A stretch of DNA of 64,000 nucleotides. Source: Octopus vulgaris (lineage: Eukaryota). The stretch lies in the NCBI GenBank assembly GCA_951406725.2, contig OX597816.1, forward strand, positions 141,422,001 to 141,486,000. Direction: 5' to 3'. The notes beneath the pieces were generated by a model. That model saw nothing but the letters and a program-made list of their open reading frames with translations, was not told where the DNA came from and searched no databases. Each line of letters begins with the position of its first letter. The stretch's first letter is position 1. The position numbers were made by a program, and so were the translations under genes. Below, in pieces: positions 53,907 through 64,000 of the stretch.

Positions 53907-54764
53907 TCTAGAAGGCCAAGAAATTTTCCTCTGTTTGATGGTTTTGACAAAGGGATTAGTAGGGGACATAAAATTGAAACAAACTAAGAACAGACATTTT
54001 CCTCTTTGACCAAACTCTCAACTTCTTCAAGTTCCATTTGGAAAGGGTGGCAGGGGTACAGAGCAAGGGGCTGACAACCAGCAAATTTGCTGAAAGATGG
54101 ATGAATGATAAGAATAGGCCATGTGAATGAACCTACTTTTGGCATGCACCTGTAAGCTGAGAACACAAATGCAAGAAAGCCTTTGCTCTTGGGAATGAGA
54201 ATAATCTTGGATCTGTGAAGTTTCTTGACTGGTCTTTGGTAGCTATCTCCTGATTGGAATGACTAATTTAATTTCTTTTGTAAATTGTTTTCTATGCAGA
54301 GTTATTCATAATTGATTCTGTGAAAAACCTCGCCATTTTTAGTATTTATACTGTAATGATCTCATCTCCCCATTCTTTCTCTTTTTCACTCAATAAATAT
54401 ATATACATACTCACACACATACATACATACACACACACACACACATACATACACACACATACATACATACATATACATACATATATATACATACATATAC
54501 ATACATACATATACATACATACATACATACATACATACATACATACATACATAAAACTACATATTTACATCATCATCCTTTAACATCCATTTTTCATGCT
54601 AGATGTTAAAGGGTAAAAATGATGATGATGATATAGTTATAACACCAAATTATTTGAACTGAATTTCGCACAGACTGTACATACATGTCTATGTACAGTA
54701 TGTAAAAGGGTATGTAAGCAGTTAAAGTAGATAGATGGTATGTATGCATGTGCGTATGTCTCTT

Positions 54765-54800
<36 letters not shown>

Positions 54801-56361
54801 CACACATATGCACACACACATATATATGTATATATATATAGAGAGAGAGATAAGTATGTATCTGACACACACTATTGTGCCAAGTAAGAGAAATCATTAT
54901 TATAACAATTAATTATATTATTCTTGTTATTATTATCATCATCATCATTAATATTAGATACATTTTTTTTTTGACAGGAAAATCAATGATGAAATATTTA
55001 TTTTCAAGACAGAATTTATGGAAATCATGTTTTACGTATATTCATTCTGTATCCAGGGAGTGGGTGGAGCTTTGAATATTTTCAACAATCTCTTTCTCAA
55101 GCTCTGTCTAATAAAAACATCATCCACAAAAATAATATGAACAACATCAGCGAAATCTCTTTGCTTAGTGTATATTTAGTTAAATAATTGTTACATAAAT
55201 TAGTTATCAAGGTTTAGGCAGCATGGATTTTATGGTGGTAATTAATCAATTATTTCTTATTTTGGTGCTTCAGAAATAAAAAGCAAGAATTATTCTTAGA
55301 ATTAGCAAAAAATTGAATTAAAAAAAAAAGGGTGAAAAAGTGAGTATTGAAATATCTCCAAATACAAATTTGATTAATCTATTTTTTACTATTGTTCATG
55401 TTTGTTTGTTTTAACAAAAATTGATAACCAGGTATAAACGAACTCAAAAGTATACAAAAATATCACCCCTACCTCCCTCATATATCTACAAATATATATA
55501 TATATATATGCATATGTATGTGTGTGTGTGTGTATATATAAATATATATATATATATACATATATGTATGCATGTATATAGATGTATGCTTTTTCTCACT
55601 TCCTATATATAGATACATTCATTCATTCATACATACATACATACATACGTATGTATATAAATGTATTTTTTCCTCACTCCATACTTACACATATACTTAT
55701 GTATGTGTGTATGTTTGGGTGTGTGTATATCTATGTGTGTGTTATGTGTGTTCAAACTTTATGAAAATTATGACACAGAATATACAGTGAAAAAGTGTAA
55801 TTAGTACTTTGATGTTGAATGAAGAATTAAAAAGGTGGAAGTATTTTTGCTGTTTTAAATTTGAGCTCTTTTTCAGAAAGTGAGGTTGAGAGAAGGAAGT
55901 TTAAAGGTATCAAAGAAAAAAAATGTGAGTAACCAGAAAGTATGTATTGTTCTGTATCACATCATGTTACACACACACGTACGTACGTACTTACATACAT
56001 ACATACATAGATACATAGATACATACATACATACATCCATACATACATACATACATATCTGTCAATAATATATGGGTTCAAGTAATCTGGTAGTACTCAT
56101 AAAGAAAGTTCCGTAATGTATCATTCTACAAAACATATGGAATATACAGTATGATACAAGAAAAAAAAAAAAAACAATGAGTGTATAAAGTCATAAATGA
56201 TAGAAATTTTTCAAAAATTCTAATATCATAACAATAACATTGCACCAAGAATTTAGCATTCAACACAGACTTTCTTTCACCTGAGGATGTAGCTTAAATT
56301 TTGCTTTATTTTGAAGGATTTTTTTGTATTTTGTATCAATGCAGACATGTAATTTATTTAT

Positions 56362-56739
56362 TTATTATCTCCACCTTAGCAAAGGTGGAGGTATTGTTTT
56401 CAGTCATGTTTATTCATTTGTTTGTTTGACCATGGACGAGATATCTCAAGAACCACTGAGCGGATTCGGATGAAATTTTCAGGGATGTTTGGCTTTGTGG
56501 CTGGCACGAACTGATTAGATTTTAGGATTAATCCAGTACCAGACAAGGATTCTGGATTATTTTTCTTGTTTTTTCTACTTAATTTTTTAGAGTAGTTGGG
56601 CTCATTTTTAGTATTCTCATTTGTGAGAACAGTCAAGTTTATTTCAGATATTCTCATTTTAAAAATCATCTCTGGCTAATTGTTGAGAGGATGTTGGTGT
56701 TGCTTTGGCAGAGGTTTGTACTCTCTGAGTGCTCTTGTT
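56362..56739 (+). mobile_element. Non-autonomous Helentron (HINE/DINE-like)
   Basis: 5' TTATCTCCACC..GGTGGAGGTA hairpin, (TTTG)n, 3' subTIR GGCAGAGGT followed by stem-loop GTACTC-TCT-GAGTGC and TT; this is typical HINE architecture. Confidence 0.75.
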
Positions 56740-56861
56740 ATTAACTATAATAATAGTTACACATTTTTAAGTTATGAGACAATTTGTTGTGATATTAAAA
56801 GTTTCTTATTGTTAGATAAAATTTCATCAAACTATTTCTCTGTCATTAATGACTTTATATA

Positions 56862-57328
56862 TCATCATCATCATCATCGTTTAACGTCTGCTTTCTATGC
56901 TAGCATGGGTTGGACGATTTTGATTGAGGGCTGGCAAACCAGATGGCTGCACCAGGCTCCAATCTTGATCTGGCAGAGTTTCTACAGCTGGATGCCCTTA
57001 CTAACACTAACCATTCCGAGAGTGTAGTGGGTGCTTTTTACGTGCCACTGGCATGGGGGCCAGTCAGGCAGTACTGGCAATGACCTCGCTCAAATCCTTT
57101 TACACGTGCCAGTGAAGCGACGTTGGTAATGATCATGCTCATATGGTGCTATTTTACGTGCCATGGGTACGGAAGCCAGTTGGCTGCTCTGGCAACGATC
57201 ACGCTCGGATGGTGCTCTTGGCACCCTACTAGCATAGGCATAAGTGCCAGTAAGGTGACGCTGGTAATGATCATACTCAAATAGCTGCTCTGTCAACGAT
57301 CACACTCGTATGGTGCCCTTTGCACCCC
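56862..57328 (-). mobile_element. RTE LINE 3' UTR with internal tandem subrepeats
   Basis: (CAT)n CGTTTAACGTC...GCTGGATGCCC...TTTTACGTGCCA repeats. Confidence 0.8.
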
Positions 57329-57384
57329 ATATATATATACATGTATATATATATATATATATCTTGTTGTGTGGTATATTTCTG

Positions 57385-57720
57385 ATTATGGCATTTAACT
57401 GGTCACTCATCTGGTTGTCAATATGGAAGCTAATAGAAGACGAGTGGTTGTTGAGAGCCATTCAAATTATGTATAGGGATGCTGTCAGTAAAGCAAAAAT
57501 TGATATTGAATACACTGATGAATTTAGTGTGCAGGTAAAAGTACATCTTGGACTGATTCTCAGCCCCCTCTTGTTTATCATAGTTCTGCAGGCCATAACT
57601 GAGGAATTTAAGACTGGTTGTCCTTAGAGTTAATTTAGTAAAGACCAAAGTACTAGTGAGCAAGAAAGAAAACAAATTACTAATCCCTTCAGGAAAATGG
57701 TTCTGTTCAATATATAGAAG
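57385..57720 (+). mobile_element. RTE LINE reverse transcriptase fragment
   Basis: SLIWLSIWKLIEDEWLLRAIQIMYRDAVSK..EFSVQVKVHLGLILSPLLFIIVLQAITEEFKTGCP*, then a deletion joins it to the NLVKTKVL region. Confidence 0.88.
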
Positions 57721-57911
57721 AGGTAGCCTCTCAACATCTAGATATAAAGCCAACTCTTTCTCTACAGTACCCTCATACAGTTAAGGGTGCTTTTTCTTTC
57801 TTTGTCTTACAAGTTATTTGGCAACCTTACTAGTGTTGGCGCCCTGAAAAATGCACACTGTACACTCTGTAAAGTGGGTGGTGTTAGGAAAAGCCAGCTG
57901 TAGAAATCATA

Positions 57912-58143
57912 TTTCTTTATTGCCCACAAGGGACTAAACATAGAGCGGGACAAACAAGGACAGACAAAGGGATTAAGTCGATTAAATCGACCCCAATATG
58001 CAACTGGTACTTAATTTATTGACCCTGAAAGGATGAAAGGCAAAGTCGACCTCGGTGGAATTTGAACTCATTACGTAATGGCAGATGAAATACCGCTAAG
58101 CATTTCACCCGACGTGCTAACGTTTCTGCCAGCTCACCACCTT
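57912..58143 (-). mobile_element. SINE family B inserted in an RTE 3' UTR
   Basis: Same tail type as 11247-11475; TGTAGAAATCATA duplicated at 57899 and 58149. Confidence 0.88.
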
Positions 58144-58502
58144 CAAGTTGTAGAAATCATACCAAAGCAGACACTGGAGCTCAACACAAAGTCACTCTAG
58201 TCTTGTTTTCAGTTTTAGGCTAATACCTTAATGTACTTTGCTTTTTGTGAGTTGTTTTTAAATATATTTAGTTTTAGTCCTTACACACACAAACACACAC
58301 ACACGATATAATATGGCTATGTGACTAAGATCTTTGTTTTCAAACCACGAGGTTTCAGGTTCAGTCCCACTGTGTGGAACCTTAGGAGGGTATCTCCAAC
58401 TATAACCCTGGGCCAACGAAAGCCTTGTGAGTGGATTCAGTAGATGGAAATTAAAAGAAGCCTAATGTGTGTGCATGCATGTATATATATATATATATAT
58501 AT

Positions 58503-58990
58503 ATCATCATCATCATCGTTTAACATCCGTTCTCCATGCTAGCATGGATTGGATGGTTTGACCGGGGATCTGGGAAGCCAGAAGGCTGCACCAGGCTCCA
58601 GTCTTATCTGGCAATGTTTCTACAGCTGGATGCCCTTCCTAACGCCAACCACTCCGTGAGTGTAGTGGGTGCTTTTTACGTACCACCTGCACAGGTGCCA
58701 GGCGAGGCTGGCATTGGCCACGGCCGGATTGGTGCATTTTACGTGCCACCGGCACGGAAGCCAGTCGAGGCAGCGCTGGCATCAGCCACGATTCGGATAG
58801 TGCTTTTTACGTACCACCAGTCCTGGGGTCCTGGCATCTGCCGGGTGCCAGTCATAGGATTGGTTCAATTTCGATTTCGATTTCACTTGCCCCAACAGGT
58901 CTTCGCAAGCAAAGGGGGGAGTTGGCATGGGTGCCTGTCGTCGGATGAGGTTCGATATCGACTTTGCTTGCCTCAACAGGTCTTTGTGTG
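58503..58990 (-). mobile_element. RTE LINE 3' UTR, young copy
   Basis: (CAT)n tail, three GTGC.TTTTACGT.CCACC units and two TCGA.TT..CTTGCC.CAACAGGTCTT units; CpG-rich. Confidence 0.85.
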
Positions 58991-59539
58991 TAGAGAGAGA
59001 GAGAAAGCACACAGTACACTCTGTGGAGTAGTTGGCATTAGGAGAGGCATCCAGCTGTAAAAAACAAGTTAAAACAGACTATGGGACCTGGTGCGACCCC
59101 TGGCCTTGCCAGTTCCTGTCAAGCCATCCAATCCATGCCAGCATGGAAAATGGATGTTAAATGATGATGATGATTATGATATATATGTGTGATATTTATG
59201 TTTCCTTGTCTTGACATCACGTGATAATTGTATACGAGTGTCATTGTTATACAAGCAGGGTCATTCCTTTTCAATATTCTGTAAAAAAAAAATACATGTC
59301 TGGCCATGAAGTATTATCTTTACTTGGAAATGAGTTGGGGTTGGTGACGGGAAGAGCATCCAACATCTGGTCATAGAAAATCTACTTCAATAAACTCCGT
59401 TAAAATGATAATGATGATGATGATGACACACACACACACGCACACACTCACACTCATACATACAGGCATATATTTGTCTGAAGCTGATGATTCACCCCAT
59501 CACTACTCTGAGTTTCTTGCTTTTGCACATGAAAGCACA

Positions 59540-59767
59540 AACACAGACTTCTCTCTCTTGTGCACCTCATTTGATTCCTTTTATACCCAGTTTTCCTCTC
59601 AGTTCATTTGTGCTTCAGCATTCATGCACACTAACATTACACATCCAGTGAAGCATGCTTGCTTCACATCGCTCCTGCCTCTGCATTTTATACCTATGAT
59701 TCACTACCACGCAGTATCGCTCTATGTATAATGGAACATACAATCTCCTCTTGACTGAGAAAGAGAG
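59540..59767 (-). mobile_element. RTE LINE C-terminal ORF fragment
   Basis: Minus translation VKRRLY..LRGSES*..ERCEASMLHWMCNVSVHE..NELRGKLGIKGI..QERSL. Confidence 0.75.
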
Positions 59768-60159
59768 AAAGAAAAGACTGGTAGGTAAATAGATAAATAG
59801 ATAGATAGATAGATAGATAGAGAGAAAGACACACAGAGAGTCCTATAGCTGTAAGTTCTTATATTCATTTTCATTTTATTTTGTGAAATATTATGCTATT
59901 TTATTCTTTCACATGTTTCAGTCATTTGACTGTAACCATGCTGGAGCACTGCCTTAATGTTATAAAATCTTCAAAAATATTGTTGCAGATCTCCGATCTA
60001 GGCACTGACTAAATTTCATTGCATATATTTTGACACTCTATAACAGTTGTGGTGGTCTCCATTGTTTAACGACAAGGATTCAATTGCTCAATCAACTGAA
60101 TTATTAGCTCCTGAATTAACATGCAAGTGGCTGAGTATTCCACAAACATGTGAATCCTT

Positions 60160-60440
60160 AAAATCCTTGGCTGGCTTCCATGCTGGTGGCACGTTAAAAG
60201 CACCAATCGATCGTGGCCAATGCCAGACTCCCCTGGCACCTGTGCAGGTGGCACGTAAAAAGCACCCACTACACCCGTGGAGTGGTTGGCATTAGGAAGG
60301 GCATCCAGCTGTAGAAACACTGCAAGATCAGACTGGAGCCTGGTGCAGACCCTGGCTTCCCAGACCCCGGTCGAACCGTCCAACCCATGCTAGCGCAGAA
60401 AACGGACGTTAAACGATGATGATGATGATGATGATGATGA
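60160..60440 (+). mobile_element. RTE LINE 3' end, (GAT)n-tailed
   Basis: GGTGGCACGTAAAAAGCACC...AGGAAGGGCATCCAGCTG...GGACGTTAAACGATGATGAT. Confidence 0.85.
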
Positions 60441-61727
60441 ATCAGCATGTCAGTCTGCACAAATTTTAAATTAGAAGTCCAATTCATTCAACGGATTCCT
60501 GTACAGTTTCCGTCTACTTAAATTCACACACAAGGTGCAGAATGACCAAAGGCTCAAAATTCACAGCCACATAGTGGGACCAAACTTCTTAGCCATTTGG
60601 CTAAGATAGTTGCCTAAGGTGCCATGTAGTAGGACAGAACCTAAAAGAGAGGCGATCTTCTTACCAGACAGCCACACCTAAAAAAAAAAAACTAAATATA
60701 ATGGCCTTTGTGTATTTCAAACAGTTACCATGTAGCCTTGATGACATAATATTTCAGTTTTAACATGCAATTAATTTGAAGCCATTTATCAAACACACAA
60801 CTTTCAAATTCTTTTCTTTTTTTCTTTTTTTACTGGTTTCAGTCATTGGAATGCAGCAATGATGGGGAATCACCTTTAAGAGTTGTACCTGATTATACAC
60901 ACTCTGATATCTATTTGAACCTGATCCTTCTTTCATTCATATTAATCTGTCAAACTACTAGGTTATGGAACATAAAGGAGCACAACATGCACATGCTGAC
61001 TGTTGTGCTTTTGTGTATGTTGTTCTTTATTATACACAAACATGTATGCATATGTACACGTGCATACGTGCACACACACACACTCACAAATTCACACAAA
61101 CAAACATGTTAAAAGATATCCATTGGTAGAAGAAGAACGCCATCAGCAACTCCAGAGATGCTGTAAAGTTCAGAGAAGCAGATGTCCAAGTAATAACAGT
61201 AGAAGAAAGTACATTATCTACAGAATTTTCTTTGGATTTTTCAAGGAGAGAATATTGTGTCTACTTTCAGTGTCATAATATCTGTATAATAATCTGCTTG
61301 TTCATTCACCTGTTATACTTTAGTAGTTAGAGAGGGGGAGGAGGAGTGAGTGAGAGGTGGAGTAAAAATATGAGAGAAAGGGGGAGGAATGTGAGTAGAG
61401 AAGAAAAAAGTGAGAAGTATAATAATACACTAAGGTCAAATACATCATGTGGTTAATTGAAGGGAGAGGCAAAGAAAGAGAGAAAAAGATGGTGAGAGAA
61501 AAGAGGGAAAGAGAAGTGTTAACGATGAGCTATATGGTGGGGAGGGAAAGGTAAAGAGAAAGAGATATGTTTAAGATACAATATTAAGCAGAGGGTGATG
61601 TTCTAGTGAGGTTAAAGAAAGGCAGATAGAGAGAGGTGGACAGGGTAGGTTGTTTTTTAGTGAGAGAGAGAGAGAGAGAGACAGATAGAGAGCATTTGTA
61701 TTGTCATAGTAGAGATACATTGACAGC

Positions 61728-62130
61728 AGTGGTGGTGCAATGGCCCAGTGATTAGGGCAGTGGACTCGCAGTCGGAGGATTGCGGTTTCGATTCCCAGAC
61801 TGGGTGTTGTGTGTGTTTATAGAGCGAAAACACCTAAAGCTCCACGAGGCTCTAGCAGGGGGTGGTGGTGACCCTTGTTGTACTCTTTTGCTCCAACTTT
61901 CTCTCACTCTTTCTTCCTGTTTCTTGTCCCCGACTTCCTATACAAACGCTGAGCCTGGATGCACATTCATCCATCCGTCAATGCTCTCAGTGTCGGGGGT
62001 TGACCTGCTTTCTCTTCTGTGGGTCTTACGAATAGCAAAGGACCACGTTTCAGACTTCTCCCACTACAGAGGCATGATCTTGCGAGCTCTGGGACGAAGA
62101 CTGCTTCACTCAACAAACAAACAAACAAAC
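61728..62130 (+). mobile_element. tRNA-derived SINE, family D (single copy here), (CAAA)n tail
   Basis: Head TGGCCCAGTGATTAGGGCAGTGGACTCGCAGTC..GGTTTCGATTCCC (A/B boxes), GC-rich body, ends ACTCAACAAACAAACAAAC. Confidence 0.7.
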
Positions 62131-63562
62131 ATTGACAGCAATTAAAACTTGAAAGAAACAAACAGTTGAACTGAACTGAAATGAGTTTTGTTACTGTAAA
62201 CTATAGTGATGATGGTGTGTTGATAGTGAAAGGAGTTTTTTTTTATTGAACTAAATCTATATTTTATTTCTACCTGTTTATTCACACTTTATGTTTTAGT
62301 TTGTTAGAGAGGAGGAAGAGGTGGAGAGAGAGAGAGAGGAAGAGGGAATGTGAGAGTGAGTGAGAGGAAGAGGGAATGTGAGATAGCCAGCCGATGCATT
62401 ATGCTGTCACTCATGTGGTTAGAGGAAGTGAAAAGTGAAGAGAAAGAGAGAAATGTTAAAGACATGATGAAGGGAATTACATAGTTAAAAAGTTTGTTGA
62501 AGCGGTAGAGAGAAATAGAGAAATATAAAGTGCTTAGCAGAGGGAAATTTAAAGTTATATAATATATCATTGCGACTGGAAGTGAAATAACTTAGCAAAA
62601 TAAAAATTAAAATGCAAATCATCCTTTCCTTCTTAAATAGCTTCTCTTAATCATTTTCATTTATGTGGAATATCCATGGGTCCCACTAGTAGAGATTATA
62701 TTGCCAACCTGGATATATGTTATGTATAGGCTGAAACTTATATCTCATGTATGAGATAAGCTTCTGCATAGTTTCTGTTTATCACAAGCTATTGGTCAAC
62801 CCAATGTGATGGTGGGAAACATTTACCCAAGATTTTGTGCAGTGGGATCAAGTGTGAAACCATGTAGTTAGAAAGTAATCTTCTTAAACCTACAAACATA
62901 TTCATTATATAATTATTTCTACCCTGCGCTCTCTGTTATGCAACTTTTCTTGTATGTATGTACATATGCATAAAGCACACTGAGGATTATTATTAAATAG
63001 GCAAATCAATATTTTTATATTTTATAGCAAATCCTAAATAATCTAAGCCTCATATTTCACTAATATCTTTTGCTTTATCGCCAAGGATTGTTTAATTAAC
63101 TCTTGAAATGTTAAATAATGAAATTTAGATATGGCTATTTCAGCACAAATTTAAGAGAAATGGAGACAGTTGTTATTTAAGACATAATAAAAGGATATTT
63201 TGGAGGAAACGAGAAAAGAAGGGAAGTTTGAAGGACTGATAGGCTTAAAAGGAGGAAAATAAGATAAAGCAAGTATTGAAATGAAGCAGGTAGATGATTA
63301 CATTTCTATTCATGATAGGAACATATTTCTAAACCAAATGGATAAACAAATAAGTAAATAATATAGATTGCTTCTAAAAATAAAGAAAAAAGGTCCATGC
63401 TTGAAAGGATAATGATAAATGGTTGAGTTGACTTTCATTTATTTTTGGTTCTTGGATTATCAATTCTAGAAGAATAAAGGGAATAAGTGACAGTGGGATT
63501 TGAAATGAGGAAAAGGAGATATCAAATTAGTTGCAGTAATACAACAGGTTTGGTATGTATGT

Positions 63563-63935
63563 GATTCTTTTATCTTTTATTTGTCTCAGTCATTTAACTG
63601 TGGCTGTACTGAAGCACTACCTCAAGGGTTTTTAGTCAAATGAATTGACCCCAGTACTTATTTTTTAAGCTTAGTACTTATTTTATTGGTTTCTTTTACC
63701 AAACTGCTGAGTTACAAGGACATAAACACACCAACACCGGTTGCCAGGCAGTGATGGAGAGACAAACACATACACTAAGAGACACACACACACACACACA
63801 CAGATATACATATGAGTTTCTTTTAGTTTCTATCTACCAATTCCACTCACAAGGCTTTGGTTGGCCTGAGGCTATAGTAGAAGACACTTGTCCAAGGTGC
63901 CACGCAGTAGGACTGAACCCAGAACCACGTGGTTC
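63563..63935 (-). mobile_element. SINE family A, lacking the extreme 5' end
   Basis: Colinear with 46881-47304. Further partial family A copies at ~9600, 20940, 21220, 23065, 25830, 29065, 35500, 38110, 41295, 46370, 46710, 58315, 60495, 60830 and 62755. Confidence 0.85.
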
Positions 63936-64000
63936 TCAAAGACAGGAACAGATTTTTTTTATGACTATCTGAACTAGAAAGTTTTTTGCATGGTAGAGCT

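Noticed and set aside
51500-54250. Possible old LINE fragments (51530-51840, 52940-53260, 53480-53690, 53990-54250)
   Set aside because: Composition is suggestive, but I could not read convincing protein motifs.
58536-59060. 174-aa GC-rich ORF
   Set aside because: Antisense reading of the RTE 3' UTR repeat; similar peptides arise from the other copies.
58503-59175. Head-to-head RTE tails as a twin-priming inversion
   Set aside because: The two copies differ in divergence and each has its own tail; independent insertions are the simpler explanation.
61735-61810. Possible tRNA gene (also the heads at 9248 and 47230-47304)
   Set aside because: A/B boxes are present but there is no closing acceptor stem, and the sequence runs on into a SINE body and tail.

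Overview
AT-rich, microsatellite-dense eukaryotic DNA, probably intronic or intergenic. The repeat families point to an octopus or other coleoid cephalopod (inference). I recognise no intact host gene, and most ORFs in the track are microsatellite or SINE artefacts. The window holds at least four tRNA-derived SINE families, fragments and (GAT)n-tailed 3' ends of RTE LINEs, five decayed mariners, and piggyBac-, Tigger-, hAT- and Helentron-type MITEs. It also holds several degenerate minisatellites and a decayed Penelope-like element (PLE; RT plus C-terminal GIY-YIG) arranged in tandem around a 1.3-kb (TA)n tract. The most interesting signal is a set of type-I hammerhead ribozyme motifs with unrelated flanking sequence, on short elements mostly embedded in (TA)n. 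Two of these elements are fold-backs carrying one ribozyme on each strand. There is also one candidate 76-bp coding exon on the minus strand. All calls were made by eye, and the edges of old repeats are approximate.
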